Below are positions 25,076 through 38,881 of a stretch of DNA of 64,000 nucleotides, in pieces; the stretch's first letter is position 1; each line of letters opens with the position of its first letter. Below the pieces are notes generated by a model, which saw only the letters and a program-made list of their open reading frames with translations, did no database searches and was not told the DNA's origin. The stretch is from Eledone cirrhosa (lineage: Eukaryota), in the NCBI GenBank assembly GCA_964016885.1, contig OZ024745.1, forward strand, positions 51,584,001-51,648,000, given 5' to 3'. The position numbers and the translations under genes were made by a program.

Positions 25076-25077
<2 letters not shown>
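24597..25077. mobile_element. Two-armed foldback insertion in (TA)n, family E3
   Basis: Arms ~24598-24760 and ~24872-25037 are reverse complements; right arm continues to AACACCCTCTT(AT)n. Same family as 44102-44422. Confidence 0.85.
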
Positions 25078-25121
<44 letters not shown>

Positions 25122-25544
25122 GATAGATAGAAATAAACATAAGCAATTTAAAGATAACGGGAGAGAGACGGCTGCCATTTCTGGAGTGGATTATATGCAT
25201 ATATATATTCCTATAACAAATTAAATTTTTATATGCATATTTGTTACGAAAAAATGGATTATTTATTTATAAATGAGATAAGCAACCCTTCACATGGAAG
25301 GAAACATAGATTAGAACATAGGGCAGATATAAGAATATATATATATTAGATAATACACACGAATAATATAAAACTATAAACAAACAAATATATAGAAATA
25401 AAACTGCAAAATATTTACAATGAAATGATGAATTTAATTTAGAAGATTGCTAGCCAGGTCAGTAATAGCAACATAAAACTGGCCACGGCTCACTCCCAAA
25501 TTTTGTGGAGAAAATAGTTCTGACAAGATATAGGTTTAATGACA

Positions 25545-26166
25545 TACATGCGTACATGGTGGCTGCCAACTCGTTTTCGAGTACGGCAACTACAATATAT
25601 CCATGTAGGAGAACCCCTACCGATGCGCTAAACGAGTGTGACTTTTTAATCCAGCCAGCGACTTGAAAACTCTGGTACAAACACTACACATGTGACAATT
25701 ATTGTCACATAGTGCTGGGCCCATGGTACCATGTGACGACAAGTGCAGAGAGATCTCCAGATATAAAGCAATGCATGTGCCGTGAAGCTTTTATAGTGAG
25801 AAAAGGCACTGCACAAAGCCAGTCCAACTCTCTTGACTAAGATGATATTTACCAAAAAGAAAAACAAGTCAACATCATTGGATACCATCAGGTTTGCAGG
25901 TGTTATATCAGAATTTTCCTTCTCCTAGAATTCTGCCTTGACAAAGGCTAAGGGGTCATCTCTCCCGGTGATTTTGGATGGCCATTGACTCTTAAGAGGT
26001 CCTTTGCCCTTTGACAGGTTTTGTTTTTAGTCCTGTAGGATGCCCAAAGTCACCCTCCTCATCAACAAAACTTGGTGGGGTTGCCAGTTTAGTCGCCAAT
26101 GAGCCGACCATAAGACAGGTTGTACTGGGATACATGTTACCAGTAGCACCAACTGGTGACCTGATA
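25545..26166 (-). mobile_element. Putative internally deleted RTE-type element (5' UTR + 3' end)
   Basis: Minus strand encodes CSVCTRVFKSLAGLKSHTRLAHR* (C2H2-like C-terminus seen in RTE ORFs), then a hairpin ACTCG-AAAA-CGAGT and an ATGT tail. The 5' part has GGCGACTAA and sits next to (ATGT)n. Confidence 0.55.
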
Positions 26167-27734
26167 TGCGTACATACATACATACATACATACATACACA
26201 TATTCCTGCATACATAATAAATACAAAATATATACATACATACTGAATAGATTGATACATGTTACATACATACATATATAACTATATCCATACACACATA
26301 ATACACACATACAAACATACACACATACCTGCATATGCATGTATGTGTGTATACCTTTTTCTGCATGCTTGTGTCTGTAACAGCAAAACTGAAGGTAACT
26401 TCTAGAACACTAAAACTACAATATCATACAATAATATTCACAAAATATATCAATTGTTTAGAATACATGGTTTCAGATATCAATTTCACAATTAAATAAT
26501 ATATGTATACGTATTTTTCTATGATGGCCGCTTGAATACGTCGGAGCATGCACATTTTAAGAACCACCCAATATTCTTGTGAAATTTCTATAACCCATAC
26601 GCGGTTCATAGCCCTCTTCTGATGTTTGCATTGAAGGAATTTCTATCTTCTACCTTGTTCTTTATGGCTACTCACATTTTTGTGTTAATGTGACACAGGG
26701 CACGCTATGTTCAATCCATTCTAACATTGTAACATTGATGGTTACCCTGTCATATGGAATGTCATATGTCGCAACTATATATGTGCATGTGTATTTCCAG
26801 CTTATCCTCCAACAGTTCTATTTACATCTGACCACTCTTAGATTTCTCAGGATAAATAAATACAAAAACAATTTCCTTGTAGCATAGTTTTCACAATGTA
26901 TTATTTGCAAACTACTCCCGACATGCATGATGCCCTTTATACATCGGGAAACATATCTTTCTCTCATTGCTCTCCAGTTGAAACAGCCTGGAATATTGAC
27001 GTGCTTCTTTATGCTATGGAAAGGTAAGCTTTCCTTGCAGTCAAGCTTTGAACTATAGCAATCCTTTGATTCAACTTTGTCCATAGTAGAAGCGGTGCAG
27101 CATTAACTTTATTCGCGAATTTTTAAGTAAACATGAGGTGATATCTTTGACGTGATCATCTCTAGGGGTTCTTTTTCTTGTGCAACAATTTCTCTTCATG
27201 TTATAAATATCTTTCCCTGAATAACCTATGGCTCTTAGTGATATATTAGGGCTTTTGAACGTCAGAAAATGTCGTTTTATGTATGTAGACTTGACGACAA
27301 TAACGATTAGCCCAATTAAATAGCTATTAAACAAGCAATTATCTGTGCCAGGCATATTATAATAATGAGGTTATTGCAATATATTCATACTAGTGCAAAT
27401 ATTATCCAAAGAACAAAGAGAATGATGCAATAATGGGTAATAATTGACACATTTGAACGTATTATTCATATGGTCATAATTTGGCAATAAAGGTAATATA
27501 TGTATATATACATATATATATATATAATTGTATATACATATGTATGTGTGTGTGTGTTGTGTGTGTTGTGTGTGTGTGTGTGTGTTCGAGTGTGCGAGTG
27601 TATATGTGTGTTAATTCCTGTTTTGATCAAATAATTTACAAGATCAATCTACAACACACAGCCCTCTAAAACGTGTCAGAATTTAGATGAAACTGTTACT
27701 AACATAGCAGAACAACTAGCGACATTATTACACT

Positions 27735-27910
27735 TGGCAGTATCGGTAGAGTGTCGGACGCTATGCTTTGACGTATAGAGTTACGGCCCTTGCCATTCTG
27801 AGTTCAATTCCCGCCGAGGTTAACTTTGCCTTTCATCCTTACGTGGTCGATAAAATAAAGTACCAGTAGTGCACTGGGTAATTGCTGGCCTTGTGCCACA
27901 AGTAGAAATA
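27735..27910 (+). mobile_element. SINE copy
   Basis: Same A/B boxes and core. Confidence 0.87.
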
Positions 27911-28752
27911 AATATTACACTTATACGTTGTCTAGTTTTAATGAGTAAGTAGCCGTTGAATGTAATGGGTATGCAATTTTATTAACTATATTTTTAAGGT
28001 CGTGGATTAAACATGAAATGTTTAGAACTGTAGGTATATTATAGATGGTCCAGTGAATTAATTTCTTCAGCCTTGAGCTTTTTAGTCAGTTGTGAAATCA
28101 TTGATTCTCGAATATTTCATCTCATCCTTGACATATTTGCTCGACGTTATTGTTTGCAGATATTTCATTTTACTGTGTAAAACAGATTTTCTACTACGAA
28201 CAGTTTGTCTGGCTATTTTAATTAACGAGTAATTATATTTATAATTGTTTTATAAAGGTCGAATTATATTTCATTAGCATATATACGGTCGGAAGAATAT
28301 AAGCTTCGGGGTAAGAGAAAGAAATTTAGGAGAAAAATATATTTAGATTGAAATGTAATTGAGCCTTATATATACTGGTTTACCTGCATACATATTACAA
28401 CAGAGCGATAAAAATAAAATTGTCCTAAATACAATACAGTGTAAACCAATATATTTGCTATTTTCTGGGTTTAAAAAGCAATTAGAAACTAAGAAATGAA
28501 AATGAACATTTTATGTTATAACACAAATAAATTTTCAAATAATAACAATTAAATATGAAAATAATGAATAATGATTAAAGGTAAATGAATTAATTTTCAT
28601 AGGAGTATGTGCTTTTCTTTCTTTATTTCTCTTTTAATGATAAAATTCAAGTAAATTTTATACATTTGCCTATATCGCTGTACGAAGTGATTGTGAAACA
28701 GCCTGTCTGTAAGAATGAATGTTTTTATGTAAATATGTATGTATGCTGGTAC

Positions 28753-30495
<1,743 letters not shown>

Positions 30496-32754
30496 AAGGG
30501 GGAAGAAAGAAATATTCCTTTCTTCCCCCTTCTTTCACTTTTGCCCTCATCTTACTGCTTCTTTTCTTTCCTTCTCCCTTTTCCTACCCACCTTATCTAC
30601 TCTTGACTTCTGCTTACTACCATCTATGCCAATAGATCCATTGTTGTTGCCTTTTCCTCCTTCGAAGTAATTGGCATATTAGTCAATGAATGATTGCGCA
30701 CACTGTGTGACAAATTTATAACCGAATTAGAGATAAAATCTCAAGATAAATACATATGCATCAAAGTAAAGGTGTTGTAGTGAAACATGCAAAACAGATG
30801 GATTTCTTTCTATAAATATTGTGGCTTTTATTCAGAATTTCTTCTGATTACAAACGTGATTTCTTTAAACAGCTCTTGAATTGCATATGCATTTACAGGG
30901 TACATCACAGCACGTCTTTAATGCTTAAATATTGTTAACACCACAATCACTTATCAACTTAGCTGCAAAAATACGTTACATATGCGAATTTTTTTATCCA
31001 ATTCAGTTAAGCACTTAATAACACTTGGTTTATAAGAACTAACATCGTGGGCAGTTAAAGTTTGTAATCAGTTGCTGGTGAAAATAAGTCAAAATTGAAA
31101 TCAGTCCGATTGATTCGACTTCTTCTGTTGAAACACGGTCTTTGTATAGTATCTTCATAGAATGCTGTCTAAAAATCTATCAATATATTCTAGAGTAAAT
31201 TTCTTAATTGAAAGAAAATACTGTTAACTGACGAAAGTAAAAGCCTGTATGAACATAAATCATTTATATGTGACTACCAACATATTTTCTATATATAAGA
31301 GAATGGTAGCATGCTTTCCCATATGTGTTGTAGAGAACATCCTATTATTGTGAACAGCCATATCATTGACATTTAAAATGTTTCTGCAGATTGGTGCTGT
31401 GTTATAACTGAAATGAAATACTGTTCTAATATAATTGTAAAAACACCAATAGTCATACAAAAACACAACATTCACATGAAGATTTATCAATCATTATTCA
31501 CTGATAAGTAAGCTAGAGAAAATATAATGTGAACAACCTTTCAATCATACTAATGTGGTCAATCTATTTTGCAGGAGAAAACTGTCTGAAGATTAGTATT
31601 GCCTTTCCTTATTTGCCGGTAAAAATGATAAAAAATCAAATAAAAAAAAATACTGTACAATGGAGAGTTATATTATTCACGCGATCATAATATTATGATA
31701 GTAGCTTTCGATATGTATATATCAATATTTACTGAGCTACTTATTTAAGATACAGATTTGAGGTTCTTCTGTGGATGAAGCTCAATATAGCCAACCAGTA
31801 TCTAGTGTTGTTTCATGTATTACATGGAGACAGGAATATATAACAATAAAACGGTGACTAATATTATATTTCTCTCGAAGTATATTTGTAAGAAATGGCT
31901 ATTGTAATGTTATGTGCTTGAAACATGTCTCCTTCACTGAAGTAGTATTTATGATGCGGACAACGTCTACTAATTATGTAATTGATGAATATGTGTCTAG
32001 TTGTATTAATTTCAAGAAAGATTACGATTTGGAACATGACTTCAATGTTCAGTGGAACTTATAAATATTTAGTATTGCCAACAATTTTATTCAACTAATA
32101 CAATAATGAATGTCACAGTTGAGAACCAATTTATATGCAAGTGGGAAATATCATTGATATATCTCAATTAAGTGCTGTACAGACACTGCACAACTGCTTT
32201 CCCATCTTATAGTAATTGCATTATGCATAAGAAACCAAAACATTGAAAGTGTATATTAACTTTCAAAACAATGCGTTGATCTTAGGCATCTGTTTTTCCT
32301 ATCATTGCTCATGATTAAAAGCATATTCTGTCGCAGAACAGATTCCCATCGTCAATCTGAAGACATATCATATCAAAAGCACTACCATATGCATAAAAGC
32401 CGTCACTATCAAAATGAGGTAGAAATAGCAATTAGGAAAAATTGCTGATGTATTCAGTGTAAGATTGTACACATTATCCAAATGTTGCTATTTCTCCATC
32501 TGCGAGACATTCGTCTTCATATTAATGTAATGACAACACGTTCAATTTTTAATTCTTTGCAGATATGTTGTCTTTTAAATTGATATTTCTAGCAGATTGT
32601 CTTTTAAATTGATATTTCTGACATATTTGGTTTTTACTCGGAATATTGGATCAATTGTGATATTGTATGTAAAATACACCAACATTTCTTGTTTGGTATT
32701 TTACTATATAGTTAGCACATGTGGTTTTAGTTTGATGTTACCCATAAAATCAAA

Positions 32755-32879
32755 TTCTTCTTCTTCTTCTTCTTCTTCTTCTTCTTCTTCTTCTTCTTCT
32801 TCTTCTTCTTCTTCTTCTTCTTCTTCTTCTTCTTCTTCTTCTTCTTCTTCTATTATTATTATTATTATTATTATTATTA
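32755..32879. repeat. (TTC)n followed by (TTA)n
   Basis: Direct reading. Confidence 0.97.
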
Positions 32880-32880
32880 C

Positions 32881-35800
32881 AGTTGCATTTATCTTGCTTT
32901 ATGTTCATACGAGTTATCACCAAGTCACAACAAGTGACCTCAAGAGACAACAAGGTCCGCCATGTTAAAAAAAGAACATACATACACACACATGCATCTT
33001 TAGGTGTTTAGACTTGTGATGTACTTATATTGACAGAATCTTCCTTAGTATATGGGCAGTTCCCATTAGTACTATCTTTTGTATTTCTCCTATACGCGGG
33101 TTTCCTGGGATTTGCGATAAGTAATCATTAGGCCCCTTAGGTATCATTCCTAGAGCGCCTACAACCACTGGTATTGTTTTAGTTCTCAATTTCCACATTT
33201 TTCCAATTTCTATCTCCAGGTCCTTATACTTGTTAAATTTTTCAAATGTTTTTATAGATACATTCTTGTCTATTGGAACGGACATATAAATTAGCAGGCA
33301 TACCCTCTTTTTAAAGTCCTTCAGTATTATATCAGGTCTATTTGCATCTATTTTTCGGTCTGTTTGGATGCTAAAGTTCCACAAGATTGAGATGTGATCT
33401 TTTTCAAGTATGGGAGGTGGTTGATGCTCCCACCAATTCTTTTTATGGGGCAGGTCAAAATGCTTTCACATTATCCAATGTATGTATTGTGCAGCTCTAT
33501 CGTGCCTGTTTAGGTATTCGGTTGGAGCTATAGGACTGCACATTGAAATTATATGATCAATGGTCTCTGGTTGTTTTTTACATACACGGTATAATGTGGT
33601 GCATCCATTTATTATTATGTTGGCTTGGTAATTTTTTGTTGGCAGACAATGATCCTGTGCTGATATAATTAGTCCTTCAGACCCCGATTTCAGTCCAGAG
33701 CGCAAACCACTGATGGGTTAAAGTTTTGTCAACATCAGTATTGTTAGCTCGCTCTGGGTATTTTCCATACAGAGGATTTTCTTGCCATTTCTTAGCCAGT
33801 TTCTGTAGCAGTTCTTTCTTTGCAGTTACTTTTACCTGCTTTGTTTTTCTGTGTTTTTCATTTCAGCAGTAAATGGAACTTGTGAAATTTGTAGTCCATT
33901 ACTGAATCTGTGCATCTTTTGTATTGGAGTATGGTCTTTTGTTGCTTTCGTGTTTCAAAATGAGTTTGATCATCCAATCATGTGATTCCCTTAGATATGT
34001 AGATAATCCAATTGTTGCAGTTTTCAACGCAAAATCTAGCTGGATTAACGCACGTCCTCCTTCTTTCATAGGGAGATATATTCTATCTGTATCTGCCTTA
34101 GGGTGATGCATTCTGTGCATGGTTAATAATTTTCTAATTTTTGTACCGAGCCTACGGATCTCTATGCTTGACCAGTTGATGACATGTTAACTGTAGGTTA
34201 CTACTGGTATGGCAAGCGTGTTTAAGGCATCGATCCTATTCCTTGCATTCAATTCCGTTCTTAAGATTGCTCTTACTCTGCGGTAACATTCCTTCCTTAT
34301 CCTTTCCCTCATTGTCGAGTACTTGATTTCGTCTCCTTCACAAACACCTAGATATTTGTAAGTTTCCTCTTGATCAAGTTCTCTTATCATATTCCCCCGA
34401 TCAAGATTCATGTCTGCACTTCTCAGCAGCTTTCCGCTGGTGAACGTTGCTTTGGCGCATTTATCTAGTCCAAACTCTATTTTAATGTCATCACTGAACT
34501 GCTCCACAGTGGATAATAGCCCTTGCAATTGTTCATCATTTTTGTCAAATAGTTTCAGGTCATCCATGTAGAACAAGTGAGTAATGGTTTTGTCATAGAC
34601 TTTATATCCATGTTTTGTTTCATTGAGCATTTTACTTAATGGTATAAGTGCGATGCAGAATAAAAGCGGTGATAAAGAGTCACCCTGAAAAATTCCGCAA
34701 TTAATATTAACTTCTCCAGCTTCCAGTGATTTTGTTTCACTATTCAAAAGGAGTGTTGTTTTCCATGTCTTCATACTGAATGACAGGAACCTCCTGACAA
34801 CGGGAGATATTTTGAAAATCTCTAAATATTTTTCAATCCAAGTGTGTGGCAAACTATCGAATGCTTTTTTGTAATCTATCCAAGCAATTGATAGATTTTT
34901 GTGTCTATTATGACAATCTTTCAGTATCATTTTGTTAACTAAAAGCTGATTTTACATCCATATGAACCTCGTTTACACCCTTTCTGCTCATTGGGAAATA
35001 GATCATTTGTTATCAGGTGATCATATGTAGGTGATCATATGTTAGGACTGTTGTACAAATGTTATACATTGTGGTCAAGCAACTTATCAATCTGTATTTT
35101 TTGGGATTGTTTGTCTCATCATTCTTCGGAAGCAGGAATGTAATGCCGTTAACTAACCATGATGGTATCTTTTCTGGTTCCTTAACCATTTCATTGTAAA
35201 GTTGGGCTAACAACTCATGAGACTCTTTGAAGGCATTTATCCAAAAATTTGGTATTTTGTCTTTTCCTGGGGATTTCCATTTGCTGGTTTTTCTAAGAGC
35301 CAAACGCAAATGTTCAACTGTTATATTTTCCCATGTTTGTTCCTCAAGGTGATTTGTATCTTTCATTTGTCTGTCTCTCCATGGGGCATGCATATTATGA
35401 ACTTTTTCGCGGCCCAGATTTTTTCCCAGAATTCTTGCACTTCCTCCTTGGGTGGTATTGATTTAGCAGTTATTGTTGACTTGCCAATTTTCTCTAGAAG
35501 ATTCTTTGGTTGTTTTTGAACATATTATTGTCCTTATAGAATCTAGATTGTTTTTCAAAGCGCCTTATACGTGCAGTTTGGCTGATACTTTTTGCTCGAT
35601 TATATCTATCAGCATGTCTATGTCACTTGTTAATTTTATACTGTATTTTCTTTTCAATTTTCTAAGTTTAGTTTGTTTAAAATGTTCACCTACTTTGTAG
35701 TTTGTTACAATTTCTATGTCAATCGGAGAGTGTTTATTTGGCGATTGATGTTCTCTTACCAAGTAGGTTTCTTGTGAGAATTTCTTTTTCGATTCTTTCT

Positions 35801-36500
35801 TTAATTTGTTCTGCTCTCAGCGATGCCGCACCAACCCTGGGATTCGAAGTGTTACAATTTACCTCGTTTTCACATGTTTCATTTTCCCTTCACTGACTTT
35901 GTGCTAATTGCTTGATCTGATCAATTTCTATATAAGTTAGTAACTTTTTATTAACAATATTTCTTCGTATATTGGCTAGTCTGTTACTGTCAATATAGCC
36001 TCTGTTTTCGGGATGTTTTTTTTTTCAATTGATATATGTCTGTTCTGTATTCGATGTATTTGATGGGTAGTACATGGCAGTGTAGAAAGCCTCAAGGACT
36101 TCTTTATTGTCTTTCCTTGAACATTTTTCTCTCTTTTTCTTTGGATTTCTTGGTGGTGAGGCTGGAGGGCCAACAGTAGGAGTATTCCGGTTATGGGAGG
36201 TCTCCAGCTCCGAATTGATGGGAAGGTTTGAACCATTAGCTGATTGTTCAACCACTGTCTGGTTCCTCTCCGAGGGACGCGGCCTTTTTTGACTCGGGTG
36301 ACGGCCGATCCCGTATGAGATTTTATCATTTGATATTCAATTTATTTTGATGCGTTTTATCCTTAACCGCCAAGGGGTAAACATTTCGTGTTACCACTCG
36401 TAGGACGAGTGTCAACCAAGACTAGACGGGTCGTCCTCCCCTAGAGACACGGCCATTCCCCGCCGGCCGCCATCCCGGTATTTCTTGGTCACGGGGTTTT
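32881..36500 (-). mobile_element. Near full-length R4/Dong-like RLE LINE (family 1), disrupted
   Basis: Single ORF in pieces from 36329 to 33025: WKSPGKDKIPNFW, IDYKKAFDSLPH, IFQGDSLSPLLF, HLFYMDDLKL, ETIDHIISMC, RHD, RPDIIL, KYKDL. (TAA)n on both sides, the target known for Dong. Confidence 0.93.
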
Positions 36501-36744
36501 CTTTTTTTTTATTATTATTATTATTATTGAATGCCATGGTTGACGGAGGCTCGGCTCTGTAAGGTATGGTAATTTTTAACCGCTATAACAATTGTAAATT
36601 GTTTAAAACTTTAACCAAATTGTAGATAAAAACACTCTCCTCCTCGTGAGAGGGGTCTTTCTGGCCGTTATTTGGCCCTTCGGGGTTAAATAAACGCTTA
36701 TTTGGGTGTTTTGTGCCCAATATTCATTTTAAACCAAAAACAAC

Positions 36745-38830
36745 ATGGCTACAAAAAAGAATTTTCACAATTCACTCCCACTCATTCCGTCTTCTTCTTC
36801 CTCAATCGTCACTACATCAGAGGGAAGATTGTCTCTCTCCCTCTCTTCTCTAAATGTGTCTCTCTCCCTCCATTCTCTTTCGCAAGCGACGCAAGTAAAG
36901 AAAAAGAAAAATATAGTTTCTGATAGATTGCAAGAGCTCGTGTAAACCGTGGAACATTTCTTCACGACGACGACAACGACGAAAAATGTGTGCGGTAAAT
37001 ACGGAAAGCCATTTCATTCGTCTGACGTCATGAATAATAGCAGTAGCAGCCGTAATAACAGCAGCAGCAGCTGCAACAGTGACAAGGAAAACAATAGTAG
37101 CAGCCGCAACAGCAACAACAACAGTAGCAGCAGCAGCAACAACAACAACCACAGCAACAGCGGCAGCGGCAGTCGTAGTACCAGCAGCAACAACAAAAGT
37201 AACAGCAGCTCTGACGACAACAATAACAATAACAGCAACAAAGAAAATCCAATCTCATTTGCAGGTATCGCAAAGAACCTGGAAACAATCCTTATAACAA
37301 ATGAGGAATTACAGGAAGCAAAGAAGATGGTGACGAAAACCGGACACCGAGCAATCTGCAAGGCAGCCGAACATTTTTTCGAAACCCAACAGCACTGTAC
37401 GTTCACGTACCGTACAGTAAGCACAAAATCCCGTAGGGTTGAAAGAGCCACAGAGGCTCAAATACAAAAAAGCCTTAGGGTCTGTGTGGCAGCGGAAAGG
37501 CATATCACCCGAGGCAAGAAATATGCCACCGTGGACGTCCTTTTTGCCACACCCCAGGAGGCAAAGGCTCAATCCTTAGTGACCCTAAGGAGCGAGGAAA
37601 TGGTGTTGGTGCCCACCTACTGCGGAAAAAAAATTGTGTTTGTGAAACTGACAGCCCCCCGGGATGGCCCCTTCTTGGCTGGCCGCGTCTGTCCTCGTCG
37701 GAATCGAGGACAAAACAACTGTACTGAAAGTACAGAAAAAAGTACGAGAAGATTGGGTCGGCACCTCCATTGAGATGTTAATCCGAACCAACCAGGAGTG
37801 CATCGAAGCTATCCCGGATGTGATAGACTTCGATAACGGCACTCAACTGCACATAAGTGTTGAGGGCAAACGCCCGAAATGCTTTCGCTGTGGATCGAAG
37901 ACTCACCTCAGAGCCTTCTGCAATGAGAAGACCCTGAGAAAGGAGAAACCCCCCTCCTTCCGAAACCGGATCCACTGCTACCAGCAATAGGACAGGCGGC
38001 AACCAGGAAGGATAGGTCCGTGGCACCCATACCCACGCTACCGAAATCAAGAACAGCAGCAGCAGTGGAAGTATCAACAACAACAACAGTAATACCAACT
38101 GCAGCTGCAACAGAGACTCCACTGCAACCATCACCAACAAGCACAAGTGAAAGAGTGGAGCTGGTAACCCTCCTTGATCTCACAGAATCGGACATAGAGT
38201 GTGAGTTGGGAGAGGGATGGTAAAAGGTCGCAAGAAGGCACAAGCGCAGAAGCAGCGCATCGTCGCCTTCGAAAAGGGAGGGAAGAGATGCAAAAAGGGT
38301 GAAGGCTACTGCAAAGAGATTACAGCAGCAACACCACCAACACCATCACCACCCACACTAGCACCACCATCACCACCGGCGGCAACCCCACCGCAAACAA
38401 CAACAACACCTTCAACAGCACCACCACAAGCACCAACATCGCAAACACAACAACAAAACACACACACCCTGCAACAACGACAAGAAAATAGCTGAACCAC
38501 ACCTCACCCCAGAAAAACAAATGCACAGCAATAAATACACACAACAAGAAACTAATGACTTACATAATTGAACACACAGACATTTCACAGCACGACTACA
38601 TAATACCAGCACCAATCTAAACACCAACGAACATAAGACTGGTAAGAATGGCATAGAAGCAATACACAAACATTAAAACGAAATTCCCCCCGCAGTTGGT
38701 GATTTCAGAGACCTAGGAGGGACACTCAACCGGAGAGTTATTCGAAGAGCCGACGACCAGCCGAAGGGACGATTCAATGGTGCTTCACCAGACGATCAAG
38801 TGAAAAGGGATTGAGAAACCATTCTTCCTC
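36745..38830 (+). pseudogene. Tx1-like ORF1 of element C
   Basis: Frameshifted pieces 36745-36945, 36949-37773, 37664-37990, 38020-38223, 38217-38495. End coordinate approximate. Confidence 0.78.
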
Positions 38831-38881
38831 TACGAAAAGTAAGGGAAGTGGTCTTTCCCATCTTTTCCACTCCAATTCAAC

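Noticed and set aside
25646-25888. 80-aa ORF with a faint resemblance to a PIN/XPG-like nuclease motif (SNDVDL)
   Set aside because: Downstream motifs are absent, and an alternative frame gives a better RTE-type C2H2 terminus.
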